Below the pieces are notes generated by a model. The model did no database searches and was not told the origin of the DNA. It saw nothing but the letters and a program-made list of their open reading frames with translations. Positions 36,043 through 48,608 of a DNA stretch of 64,000 nt are shown here, piece by piece (position 1 is the first letter of the stretch; the number at the start of each line of letters is the position of its first letter). The stretch comes from Oikopleura dioica (lineage: Eukaryota; Animalia; Chordata), in assembly GCA_907165135.1 (NCBI GenBank), contig OU015570.1, positions 1,695,929 through 1,759,928 on the forward strand. Direction: 5' to 3'. The translations under genes were made by a program, and so were the position numbers.

Positions 36043-38443
36043 ATGGTTCGACTTGCATGGATCACGTGGTGGATTTACGGTGCTGCTGCTCAGAACATCG
36101 AGATTAGAGATGGGGGCCTCCTCCTTGAATCTTCCGGAAAAGTGTACCTCACTTATCAGAAGAAGGTGCATCGGTTCAGGGTTATTCGAACTAGTCCGTC
36201 AGAGGCTTATCAGAATCTAACATTTAGCGACTGCTCCAAGGAACACTGCGTTCATCTCGCAGGGGATGATAGAAGGGCACAAAAGCAATGTGAGGATTCT
36301 AGTTTTGAGACTGCTAAGCTCTTTCATGCGACTCTTAAGGGGACTTACGAGACTAGATTGAATGAAATTTTGGCGGAAGCTACTGCATTTAAGGGCCGAA
36401 TGCGCAGGGATTTAATGTCCAGTGCTTCTTTAGTGCTTGGGTTGGTTAAGACGGCTCTAGAGACTGCCAATGGTTTTAAGATTAAGAAAGTCGAGGAGGT
36501 CACGCTTAGGAATCAAAATAACATTGAAAAGCTCCGGGATATGGTACTTGAGAATGCCCAGGCAGTGCAAGTAAGGCTCAACCAGTTATATCATTTCGCC
36601 TCTAATATAGATAAAAAGACTGTGTGAGACCCGGCGAGACATACGCCGAGAACTTGCCACAAGGGAGATCGCTACTTTAGTCACGAGCTACCTTGACCAA
36701 CTAGAATCTGAAGTTGGAACCCTTATGAAAGGGAACCTCCCTGCAACCGTTGAGTATTTAACTCTTTACCGAACCAGCTGTCTCGTTTCTTGTGCGGCTC
36801 TCCCAGAATCTGAGTGTCAAGCGTACTGCTCTTACTTACTCAGGAGCATGCCGGAGGCAACTCGATCCCAGTTAGCTGGAGTTGAGATAATAGACGGGCA
36901 CGTGCACATCTTGTTTTCAATGTCATTTTTCGACATTCTCGACTCATCCACGCCCAGATACTCCGTTCGAAGTTTCGGAATGATCCGCCCGGGTCAACTG
37001 AGAAACCAGCTGGTCCGCCCTCAAGTGGGTCACTATATCACAATTTCTAGGGGTACCGTCATGGATATTGATAGAGCTCTTTGCCAAGAAATTGGTTCTG
37101 AAATGCACCTCTGTCCAACAGACGCCCTCTTGTGGAGCTGCTTGAATGATCCCGAAACTTGCCCGGTTATTATAACTAGGGACTATCACGGGAGCGCGGG
37201 AGCCCCATTTTCGCTTTCCCAACTTCCCGAAATATGCATCCATTCTTCTTGATTTTTCAGTCTCTAGATGTTTTCGTACCTGCTGATTCCAAATATGACA
37301 GAAAAATTGGCAAAAAAATATTGAATGTTATGAAAAACATAGAATTTATCTTTAAAAGATGCAAAATGTATAGTGCTCGTCTTTGCTCGTCATTTTTTTT
37401 TTTTCGATATGTTCTCTGTCAGACCCTTCTGCTTAATCTCTCAAAAAATAAATTTACTTGGTTCTACTAGTCGGCCACAATCATCAGATAAGTAAGTAAA
37501 AGTGACGGCGCGCTAGTGCTTTACACGCTGCGCGGGGAGCCCGAAAAGCATTAGCGCGCGCCATACTCTCAGTGGGTGCTTGCTTTGACCCAGTACACGG
37601 AATCAGATGCAAACAATACCGGGTGATTAACACAAAAAAGTTCCCAGAAGTCCTAAGCTTCATGTTTTAAAAGAAATATTCGAAAAATGATAAGCAAGTG
37701 ACCCAGAAAACTCGGGTGAAAAATCAGTCAGCTTTAAGAGTAGTCTTAAGCTTGTCTTCCGCAGCATTTTCCGATCAAAAAGATTTTGGTATCATCAGAA
37801 TCAGCAGAAAAATTCATACTTATGAGGAAATTTTTACGAAAATCGAAGGGCAATCGTTTACCCGTGAAAGTCCCTAATTATAACTGAGACGCAAGACTCG
37901 TGCTCATTTGCGGTTGCGAGCAATGGAGTAGCGGTCTATTCTAGTGCTATTTCGACCCATAGAAGCAAGATTGGACGCACCGGGAATCAGGGTCTAACAA
38001 CTCAATTCGAGGGATTTATGTTTTTTGAGAGTTCTCATAACAGGGCTGAGGTACTTTGTCCAAGAGCTGAAAGCCAGGTACAGATCATCTCTGTTAAACG
38101 AGCTCAGGTTGTTGATGAGCATAATATTGAGATCAAAGCGCCACTTGGGCGACATATCTTTAACTTTAGTACGTTGGATGAGCCGCGATTTGATTTTAAT
38201 CAAACATACAAGATCCACTCAGCATTCGATTTAGAATAAGAGAAGGTTGAAAAAGAATCAAGATTGATCGCCCTCTCTATCGGGGTCTCCACCCTTACGC
38301 TCGTTGCGCTTGTTCTCTGGTACGCAAGGCGAAAATTAACATTACTATTTTCGAAGAATAGGCAACTTTATCGCGACATAAACAGCCTTAAGCCAATAGG
38401 ATTTAGTTCAGTAGGAGCGGGAAAAGGCACTAGCCGAATCTAG
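36043..38443 (+). pseudogene. env: env-like class I fusion glycoprotein, disrupted (left-arm copy)
   Basis: Signal peptide MVRLAWITWWIYGAAA; furin site RMRR followed by a hydrophobic peptide and a heptad region; frameshift at ~36612; two AT-rich insertions; TM LIALSIGVSTLTLVALVLWYA-RRK after the in-frame stop at 38237; stop at 38441. Confidence 0.85.
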
Positions 38444-39642
38444 TGTTCAAACGCCATCGGGAAACTATCCAGGAGCCAGAACTTAATTGTTCGCTTCTTT
38501 TTATATGAAAATTGACCTAAGGTTACTGTAAATTTCAAAGGAGCGCATTTAAGAATCTAGTTAATTTAAGGTTTTTCAGGGATCGAGTTTCAAAAAAGTT
38601 CAATTAAGGTCGATTTGCGGGCCCAATTAGGAATATTGGACTTCCCGTTAATAGTTTTACGCCTTTCAGGAGTTGCCCTGACTCTAGGTTCTGATAGGCG
38701 GTCTGATAGGGTATTTTAAAATTAAGCCTAGAGGGTCCCTTAGGTTTTGTTTATTCGTTTTATTTTTCATTGCGATTTTTCTCCTTTGTTGTCCTTTCAG
38801 TAATAACTTCCAACTGTTCAAAATGCTTTATTCCCGCTGCAAAAACGAAAAAGAAAAAGGTGGAGGATATAAAGTACTCCCAAAAAATCCTACTGTATGA
38901 AAAATTCAAAATTTCTCGTCTCGAAGACTCGCTTCGTCGTGAACGAATCAACCCACTTCTACGCGTCTACACTTCCAACCAGATCGCGTCATGCCTCATC
39001 GACTACGCCTCGACCCAGCGCGCTCATCAAGCGTTGCACTTGGTCCTTACTCTACTCCGTCTACTTTTCAACTCGTTGCTACATGCCTGATACGACTACA
39101 TCTCCACCACTAGCGCGCTCACCAAGCGCTGCGCCAAGACACCGTTCTTCTACTTTTCTCCAGAATAACTCGCTGCACGCCTCAAGCATTCACGCCTCCA
39201 ATCCGAGCGCGTCACGAATCATTACGCACACCCCAGCTAGTCGCGCGCTCACTAAGCGCTGCGCTTCTCTCAATAACCGGTCAATTCGCCAAAAAGCGCG
39301 TCACGGTCGTGAAAACGCTCAACGCCATCGTCAACTACTCCTGTGCACCGCTGCTGCGCCGCAATCCTTTCAAGGTCAAAGCTGACTTCAATAGGAAATG
39401 ACATTTCACTTGATATAATTTTCATTCTTTTTATTTTCATTTCTAGTCCAAATTGGTGATACAGTCGTATATTTGTCGTTTATCTTGTGTCTTATTTTTT
39501 TTACTGACGCTTTCCAAAGATTTCCTCTTCGATTTCGGTGATAAGTGCTCTACAATTTTCCAGAGCAGCCAATCGTTCTTACGGACTGAAAATTCGATTT
39601 TAGAATTGAAACAAAAAATCTGGAATTCTAGAGAATCAGCTT

Positions 39643-39924
39643 TTACCCCATGGGTTTGACAACCGTAACGGTCGAGCGCGGACGCCGCTTTGCTGCTGGC
39701 TGTTCAACTGAGATTTGAACTTCACCCGATTCGGGTTGAAATTTAAAATTCGCGAACATTTTGCGCGCCGTCTGAAGATTGCGCCGTTTAGTTTTCCAAG
39801 TTCCGTTCGAATTTTGTTTATAATCGATCAGCCCTGCTTGAAATTCCGCCGAAGTCAGCCACTTTTCAGGGCTCAGCCTCAGACGGAACAAGATTTTCTT
39901 CTGAGTCTCGGTGTAGTCAGCCAT
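39643..39924 (-). pseudogene. Unknown ORF, possibly a Gin/Ginger-like integrase N-terminal fragment (left-arm copy)
   Basis: MADYTETQ...IDYKQNSNGTWKTKRRNLQTARKMFANFKF..GEV; the resemblance was judged by eye only. Confidence 0.3.
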
Positions 39925-40008
39925 GTTTTTAGAAGAAAAATGCAATTCTCTTGTCCTTTTTAAGACTATTTTCTCAAGATATATTAGATTTCGAATGATT
40001 TTCAAACC

Positions 40009-40115
40009 CTAACCCTAACCCTAACCAATCGGACATTCAAACCAGTGTTATGAATGTCCGTTTCGGTTTTAATGTCCGATCGGTTTGAATGTCCGATTGG
40101 TTTGAATGTCCGCCT
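40009..40115. mobile_element. Partial telomere-repeat MITE at the palindrome spacer edge
   Basis: CTAACC x3, then AATCGGACATTCAAACC and inverted GGTTTGAATGTCCGATT repeats. Confidence 0.65.
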
Positions 40116-40116
40116 C

Positions 40117-40280
40117 TCAACCGGTTGTACATGTGAAAAATAGTTGGGCAAATGGTTTCCTGTGAAATATGTACATTAGCGCGCATTCACCCATGAATGT
40201 GCGCGAGGTTTTGGTAGATAATTGAGGACTTGAAAGTGATTTATATGGTTAAATATAAGTCAAAAGTCCAAAACCCAATA
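40117..40280 (+). repeat. Dispersed ~163-bp direct repeat, copy 1
   Basis: Near-identical to 54442-54602. Confidence 0.9.
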
Positions 40281-40505
40281 CCCCTCCCTGGCTTTTCAGC
40301 ACGTGATAGGCGGGTTGAACGATTGAAAACAGTGATGTCAACATGGAAAAAGGGAAAACACCAGAAATATCTTAACGGAATACGGTTTATGCACGGATGA
40401 GCACATCTGAGTTGTTCTAGCGGTTTGAAAATCATTCGAAATCTAATATATCTTGAGAAAATAGTCTTAAAAAGGACAAGAGAATTGCATTTTTCTTCTA
40501 AAAAC

Positions 40506-40787
40506 ATGGCTGACTACACCGAGACTCAGAAGAAAATCTTGTTCCGTCTGAGGCTGAGCCCTGAAAAGTGGCTGACTTCGGCGGAATTTCAAGCAGGGCT
40601 GATCGATTATAAACAAAATTCGAACGGAACTTGGAAAACTAAACGGCGCAATCTTCAGACGGCGCGCAAAATGTTCGCGAATTTTAAATTTCAACCCGAA
40701 TCGGGTGAAGTTCAAATCTCAGTTGAACAGCCAGCAGCAAAGCGGCGTCCGCGCTCGACCGTTACGGTTGTCAAACCCATGGGGTAA
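40506..40787 (+). pseudogene. Unknown ORF, possibly a Gin/Ginger-like fragment (right-arm copy)
   Basis: Mirror of 39643-39924. Confidence 0.3.
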
Positions 40788-41986
40788 AAGCTGATTCTCT
40801 AGAATTCCAGATTTTTTGTTTCAATTCTAAAATCGAATTTTCAGTCCGTAAGAACGATTGGCTGCTCTGGAAAATTGTAGAGCACTTATCACCGAAATCG
40901 AAGAGGAAATCTTTGGAAAGCGTCAGTAAAAAAAATAAGACACAAGATAAACGACAAATATACGACTGTATCACCAATTTGGACTAGAAATGAAAATAAA
41001 AAGAATGAAAATTATATCAAGTGAAATGTCATTTCCTATTGAAGTCAGCTTTGACCTTGAAAGGATTGCGGCGCAGCAGCGGTGCACAGGAGTAGTTGAC
41101 GATGGCGTTGAGCGTTTTCACGACCGTGACGCGCTTTTTGGCGAATTGACCGGTTATTGAGAGAAGCGCAGCGCTTAGTGAGCGCGCGACTAGCTGGGGT
41201 GTGCGTAATGATTCGTGACGCGCTCGGATTGGAGGCGTGAATGCTTGAGGCGTGCAGCGAGTTATTCTGGAGAAAAGTAGAAGAACGGTGTCTTGGCGCA
41301 GCGCTTGGTGAGCGCGCTAGTGGTGGAGATGTAGTCGTATCAGGCATGTAGCAACGAGTTGAAAAGTAGACGGAGTAGAGTAAGGACCAAGTGCAACGCT
41401 TGATGAGCGCGCTGGGTCGAGGCGTAGTCGATGAGGCATGACGCGATCTGGTTGGAAGTGTAGACGCGTAGAAGTGGGTTGATTCGTTCACGACGAAGCG
41501 AGTCTTCGAGACGAGAAATTTTGAATTTTTCATACAGTAGGATTTTTTGGGAGTACTTTATATCCTCCACCTTTTTCTTTTTCGTTTTTGCAGCGGGAAT
41601 AAAGCATTTTGAACAGTTGGAAGTTATTACTGAAAGGACAACAAAGGAGAAAAATCGCAATGAAAAATAAAACGAATAAACAAAACCTAAGGGACCCTCT
41701 AGGCTTAATTTTAAAATACCCTATCAGACCGCCTATCAGAACCTAGAGTCAGGGCAACTCCTGAAAGGCGTAAAACTATTAACGGGAAGTCCAATATTCC
41801 TAATTGGGCCCGCAAATCGACCTTAATTGAACTTTTTTGAAACTCGATCCCTGAAAAACCTTAAATTAACTAGATTCTTAAATGCGCTCCTTTGAAATTT
41901 ACAGTAACCTTAGGTCAATTTTCATATAAAAAGAAGCGAACAATTAAGTTCTGGCTCCTGGATAGTTTCCCGATGGCGTTTGAACA

Positions 41987-44385
41987 CTAGATTCGGCTAG
42001 TGCCTTTTCCCGCTCCTACTGAACTAAATCCTATTGGCTTAAGGCTGTTTATGTCGCGATAAAGTTGCCTATTCTTCGAAAATAGTAATGTTAATTTTCG
42101 CCTTGCGTACCAGAGAACAAGCGCAACGAGCGTAAGGGTGGAGACCCCGATAGAGAGGGCGATCAATCTTGATTCTTTTTCAACCTTCTCTTATTCTAAA
42201 TCGAATGCTGAGTGGATCTTGTATGTTTGATTAAAATCAAATCGCGGCTCATCCAACGTACTAAAGTTAAAGATATGTCGCCCAAGTGGCGCTTTGATCT
42301 CAATATTATGCTCATCAACAACCTGAGCTCGTTTAACAGAGATGATCTGTACCTGGCTTTCAGCTCTTGGACAAAGTACCTCAGCCCTGTTATGAGAACT
42401 CTCAAAAAACATAAATCCCTCGAATTGAGTTGTTAGACCCTGATTCCCGGTGCGTCCAATCTTGCTTCTATGGGTCGAAATAGCACTAGAATAGACCGCT
42501 ACTCCATTGCTCGCAACCGCAAATGAGCACGAGTCTTGCGTCTCAGTTATAATTAGGGACTTTCACGGGTAAACGATTGCCCTTCGATTTTCGTAAAAAT
42601 TTCCTCATAAGTATGAATTTTTCTGCTGATTCTGATGATACCAAAATCTTTTTTGATCGGAAAATGCTGCGGAAGACAAGCTTAAGACTACTCTTAAAGC
42701 TGACTGATTTTTCACCCGAGTTTTCTGGGTCACTTGCTTATCATTTTTCGAATATTTCTTTTAAAACATGAAGCTTAGGACTTCTGGGAACTTTTTTGTG
42801 TTAATCACCCGGTATTGTTTGCATCTGATTCCGTGTACTGGGTCAAAGCAAGCACCCACTGAGAGTATGGCGCGCGCTAATGCTTTTCGGGCTCCCCGCG
42901 CAGCGTGTAAAGCACTAGCGCGCCGTCACTTTTACTTACTTATCTGATGATTGTGGCCGACTAGTAGAACCAAGTAAATTTATTTTTTGAGAGATTAAGC
43001 AGAAGGGTCTGACAGAGAACATATCGAAAAAAAAATGACGAGCAAAGACGAGCACTATACATTTTGCATCTTTTAAAGATAAATTCTATGTTTTTCATAA
43101 CATTCAATATTTTTTTGCCAATTTTTCTGTCATATTTGGAATCAGCAGGTACGAAAACATCTAGAGACTGAAAAATCAAGAAGAATGGATGCATATTTCG
43201 GGAAGTTGGGAAAGCGAAAATGGGGCTCCCGCGCTCCCGTGATAGTCCCTAGTTATAATAACCGGGCAAGTTTCGGGATCATTCAAGCAGCTCCACAAGA
43301 GGGCGTCTGTTGGACAGAGGTGCATTTCAGAACCAATTTCTTGGCAAAGAGCTCTATCAATATCCATGACGGTACCCCTAGAAATTGTGATATAGTGACC
43401 CACTTGAGGGCGGACCAGCTGGTTTCTCAGTTGACCCGGGCGGATCATTCCGAAACTTCGAACGGAGTATCTGGGCGTGGATGAGTCGAGAATGTCGAAA
43501 AATGACATTGAAAACAAGATGTGCACGTGCCCGTCTATTATCTCAACTCCAGCTAACTGGGATCGAGTTGCCTCCGGCATGCTCCTGAGTAAGTAAGAGC
43601 AGTACGCTTGACACTCAGATTCTGGGAGAGCCGCACAAGAAACGAGACAGCTGGTTCGGTAAAGAGTTAAATACTCAACGGTTGCAGGGAGGTTCCCTTT
43701 CATAAGGGTTCCAACTTCAGATTCTAGTTGGTCAAGGTAGCTCGTGACTAAAGTAGCGATCTCCCTTGTGGCAAGTTCTCGGCGTATGTCTCGCCGGGTC
43801 TCACACAGTCTTTTTATCTATATTAGAGGCGAAATGATATAACTGGTTGAGCCTTACTTGCACTGCCTGGGCATTCTCAAGTACCATATCCCGGAGCTTT
43901 TCAATGTTATTTTGATTCCTAAGCGTGACCTCCTCGACTTTCTTAATCTTAAAACCATTGGCAGTCTCTAGAGCCGTCTTAACCAACCCAAGCACTAAAG
44001 AAGCACTGGACATTAAATCCCTGCGCATTCGGCCCTTAAATGCAGTAGCTTCCGCCAAAATTTCATTCAATCTAGTCTCGTAAGTCCCCTTAAGAGTCGC
44101 ATGAAAGAGCTTAGCAGTCTCAAAACTAGAATCCTCACATTGCTTTTGTGCCCTTCTATCATCCCCTGCGAGATGAACGCAGTGTTCCTTGGAGCAGTCG
44201 CTAAATGTTAGATTCTGATAAGCCTCTGACGGACTAGTTCGAATAACCCTGAACCGATGCACCTTCTTCTGATAAGTGAGGTACACTTTTCCGGAAGATT
44301 CAAGGAGGAGGCCCCCATCTCTAATCTCGATGTTCTGAGCAGCAGCACCGTAAATCCACCACGTGATCCATGCAAGTCGAACCAT
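41987..44385 (-). pseudogene. env: env-like fusion glycoprotein, disrupted (right-arm copy)
   Basis: Mirror of 36043-38443 with the same lesions. Confidence 0.85.
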
Positions 44386-44504
44386 TTCGCGCGTCACCCC
44401 CTTAAGTAAATAATGAGCTACAGTAGTGAAAATTTAAAATCTTGAATTTAACTGTATTTACAAAAAGAACGGAGAAAATTAACCCATTCTAGAAAAAAGA
44501 AACC

Positions 44505-47500
44505 TTATTCTAGCGCGGGCTCTGACGATGGATTATACGGGCGCAAGTGCCGTATATTTCTGACTAAAGTCTTCCCCTCACTCGTTTTGATCCTGTAAGC
44601 TCCGGCTTGTAACCTTTCTGTCACTTTCCCGCGACCTTCCCAATGGACATATAACTTCTTCGAATTACCCTCACGCTGCGGTTTCCAATAGAAAACGTGC
44701 TGGCCTTCTTTGAGCTTGATACCCTTATGTAAGGGGATCTCACTTCGAATAAACTTGTCCATTTGGCGCGCACTTAACTCCTGACCGAGATTAGAGAGCC
44801 ACCCAGTGATATATGAATACCAACTGAGTGGATCATACACCTGTATGTCTTCATTCTCTGAGGCCTTGAAGAGTGGCAGAGGAAGTAGGCGTCCCGTGAG
44901 ACATTCAGAGGGGGTAAGGCCATCTAGAGAAGAACTTGGAGAGTTATTAATAAGGAACAGTAGATACTGTAACTCATAACTCCAGTTCTCACGTGACAGC
45001 GACAAAATTTGGCTCTTAACCTTTAAATACCGCCAGCATCGTTCAATACGATTTCCTGGCGGGTGCATTGGTGAAATAAAACCTACAGAAATATTTAACT
45101 TCTGTAAAAGGGGAACAACAGCCTTAAATGACTGATCATAATCGGTGATCAACCTGGTGTTGACAATGTTCTGACTCAGAAGAAGAGAGCTCAACGCGTG
45201 TGCTACGTCCTTAGCGCTTTTCGATTTCAGAGGGCATGCGATTAGAAAATGGGTGAGCCCGTCAAAGAGCCCGCAAATGTAGCGATTCCCATTTGAATCA
45301 CAGCTCCCCATATCTGCTAAATCTAGGTAGACATATTGCCAAGGAAGAACTCCGATATTTGGCGCTGGACGATCACATGGTCTTAAGGGTGGTCTAGGCT
45401 TTCTCTGGATACAAACTGAGCAGTTAGAGCAAATGTCGACCGCTACTTTAGTGATGTTACGCGTTCGAAAATATCGCGAAAACATCGAGGCAAGAGCCTT
45501 GCTCCCCGGATGTTCCATTTTCTGATGGAGAAAAGACGCAACAGAATGGGCAATGTCCTCAGGAAGAAGTAATAATGGCTTAATGACGTAATCCTGGCTG
45601 TAAAACAGTCCATTCTCGTGCTTGAAAGCCGCTCTCCTGGCAACCTCATTGGCGACGAACGCGTCATTATCTTGCGCCTTCTTTAGCATCTCGACCGAGT
45701 ACGGTAATCCATCGACAATGAACATTGTATCATCCGACTCGACGGCCTTATTTGAACGCAAATTGTACCTTTTACACTGCAAAATAGAGCAGACTTGCGT
45801 TTGTGGACCGAGTGTGGCTTCGAGGGAGTGACAGACGGCGAGATCATCTGATTCATCAAAGTCAGAGAAAGTCGCTACAGGGAAACTACGCGAGAGCGCA
45901 TCAATTGCAACTATCCCTGGGTGATCATTTCTCTCGTGTTTGATGGCGCGGACGTCAAAGCGAGTGATCCTGGCAAAGAGATTCAGGACCCTTACGGGTA
46001 GATTCTCCTTGAGCCGCTTCTGCTCTAAAACACCAACGAGAGAGGCGTGATTGGTGATACAGTACACCATACGCGCAAAAGTGTAGCTCTCGAAGAATTC
46101 TAGTGACGCCACTAGAGCCAAAAACTCCTTATATCTACTGCTTAACCTCTGCTCACCCGGTACAAGTCGCCTTGAGTAAAACCCTAATGGAACAAGAATG
46201 CCATCTTTCTGTCTTTGGTGCAAAGCCCCGGCAATGCCCAGGTCAGAAGCGTCAGTTATCAAGACCAGATCAAGTGAATCATCAACATGGACAAGTTCTA
46301 CCGCTTTCTTGAGTATCTCCTTTGCTTTCTCAAACGCCTCCTGATGAACAACCCTCCACTGAAATTTCTCCGCCGTATTCGAGCACATCTTATGCAAGGG
46401 ATTAAGAGTCATCATGATGTTGGGCAAATGCTTTGAGTAAAAAACGCAAAGGCCGCAAAAGCGTCGAACTTCTCGTCGCGATTTCGGTGCCGGAAACTGT
46501 ATGATCGAGTCAAGCTTGCTTTTTATTGGCCGCAAACCCCTACGTGAAATCACGTACCCGAGGTACTCGAATTCCTCGTACAGCAAATTCGCGTTTTCGC
46601 GGGAGCCAGAGTGATACCCACAGAGATTAGCCGCGTGAAAATCTCCTTCAGAGCGTGCATGTGCTCCTGGTAGCTGTGACTAAGAACAATGATGTCGTCA
46701 ATTAGACAAAACACGTTCTCGATCCCATTGAGCACGTTTCGCATCAGAAGCGAAAACAAAGAAGGTGCATTGGCGAGCCCGAACAGTACCCTCTTTGCCG
46801 TGTATTGGTCCGGGCCGAAAGAGAAAGCAACTTTCTTCCTAGAATCCTTGGTGAGAAGAAGCTGCGAATAAGCCGAACTGATATCTGTGACAGACATGTA
46901 AATGTTCCCTTCCGATTTGCTTATTATACCAGAGATTTGGTTAAGCATGGTTTCCATGGAAGGTAACGGCCAGCGTTCTGTAAGCGTCTCCTTATTTGTC
47001 AAACGGGCGTCCAGAATTGGGCGGCAGCGACCATTCTTTTTTCTTATAAAGAAAAGTGGACTATTATTTGGGGACACGCCTTTCTGTATCACATCCATTC
47101 GACACCACTTCCGAAGCATCTGAGACCCTTCCTCCCTCAACGCGAATTTCGGTTTGATGGGCTTAGAGTACACAACTTTCGTCTCATCTTTCCATCGGAT
47201 GGAATAAGCATACTGGTTGATAATGCCGATGTCCTCATCAGAAGTGGAGAACACAACACGATGGACACCCATAAGATCGCGAAATCCTTCAGACTCCGTC
47301 TTATCAAGCCACGCCCCTATCTCGACCTCATTATAGACTTCAGACGCTGATGGGTTAAACCGCTTTTTACGAAGCTCGGCAGCCGCACGTGCTTCCAATT
47401 CTAGATCTGGGTGCTCTTGGATAGCAACAAGCTCATTAGACTCAAATCCATTTTTAGTAGGCTCAAGCCAGTGTCCGTCAGCAATTTTTGCCGCCTCTGG

Positions 47501-48127
47501 AACCTCGACTTCGAAAGGATTATTGTTAACAAGCATCACGTTGACCTCCTTGGAAGCATCGACGATGCTCTCGACCAGCTCGATATCATTTTCGGGCAAA
47601 AATCCAGAAGACGACCGCTCTACCACTACTATTCCTTGAGCTCTAGAATCAAGTGAGCACTTTCCAGCCACGACCAAAGACTCAAACGGAGCTAGAACCA
47701 CTCTCTCAATAAGATTGACCTCAACGTGACCACCTTTCTGTACTAGCGGAACTACCTCACCGTCCAAAATAGCAACTTTTCTCTCGTTATCAATTTCAAA
47801 ATGACCGAAAGCAGTCGCCGGAAGAACAATGTCATAATTATGATTGGCAACTACCACTTCAACTCTGAAAACTCGTGTTCCTATGACTAAAGATACAGTA
47901 GTTTCGCCGCTAATCTTAAGATAATCGCCAGAAGCCGCTCGAACAGCCACTTTTGACGGAGTAAGGTACAGTGACAATTTGTTAGCAACAGAACGTGAAA
48001 GCATGATCAAGTTACAACCGCTGTCGAGAAGAGCAGTTAACGAAGAATCTTTTAATTTGCACTGAATCTGAGGAAGAAGTTCAGGAGTGCTCAAAAGATG
48101 GATTTCAGGTGCCGGGGGCTTTCCTGG
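44505..48127 (-). pseudogene. pol: Ty3/gypsy pol: protease-RT-RNase H-integrase with one frameshift near 46550-46586
   Basis: LLDSGC protease, RT LIDD, RNase H TDAS, HHCC and DDE integrase; PR-RT-RH-IN order defines Ty3/gypsy. Confidence 0.96.
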
Positions 48128-48608
48128 TCATTGTTGAAGATGGCACTGTTGTGGTCAATGTCTAGGTGGTCCTCCAGATGACTCTAATGAACACTCGGTA
48201 CAGAAGGGAGCAGTCACTTTCGCGTTCTTATTACGCTGCTTGTTTTGCCCCTTCTGACCACCTTGAGATCCGCTGGAACCCTGGCTCTGCGATCCGTGCG
48301 AAATATTTGCTTGTCCAATCTTCAGCTGCTCTAGAATCGAGTTAAAGCCCGTCTTCATTTCCGACTGAATATCGGAAACACTTGTTTCGAGTTTCGAAAC
48401 TCGTCCCTCGAGCCCTGCTAAGCTCTGAAGCTTTGGGCAAGAAGCCAAAAAATGAGGTCCCTTACAGTAATGACAGGTTATTCTGCCATTCATAGCACAG
48501 AGATCAAAATCAGATTCCTGTCTCTCGGCCTCTAAAACGTTGCAGTTCTGATTGCGCGATTTCGCCACTTGGCGCATGATCTGGAGATTAGCACTCAAAT
48601 CTATAGTA

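Larger units (their letters stand above)
32553..40008 (+). repeat. Left arm of a 15.3-kb palindrome (inverted copy of 40422-47874)
   Basis: All ORFs are mirrored and coordinate sums stay at 80427-80431; homology begins at GAGTTTTCAGAG (32553) and ends at TTCAAACC (40008). Confidence 0.97.
40422..47874 (-). repeat. Right arm of the palindrome (probably the original copy)
   Basis: Continues seamlessly into protease and gag beyond 47874. Confidence 0.97.

Noticed and set aside
38770-39385. ORFs of 106 and 162 aa (and their mirrors at 41045-41660) as real genes
   Set aside because: They arise from three degenerate CGCGCTCAYYAAGCGYTGC repeats, are low-complexity and have no motif. This may be LTR-like sequence, but no boundaries could be supported.
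39454-39470. PBS-like TGGTGATACAG after CA, implying a tandem second element
   Set aside because: No gag follows and no upstream LTR could be matched elsewhere; chance is likely.
40009-40026. A true chromosome end or telomere fusion
   Set aside because: Only three repeats, in one orientation, in the same layout as the MITE-borne repeats near 8011.
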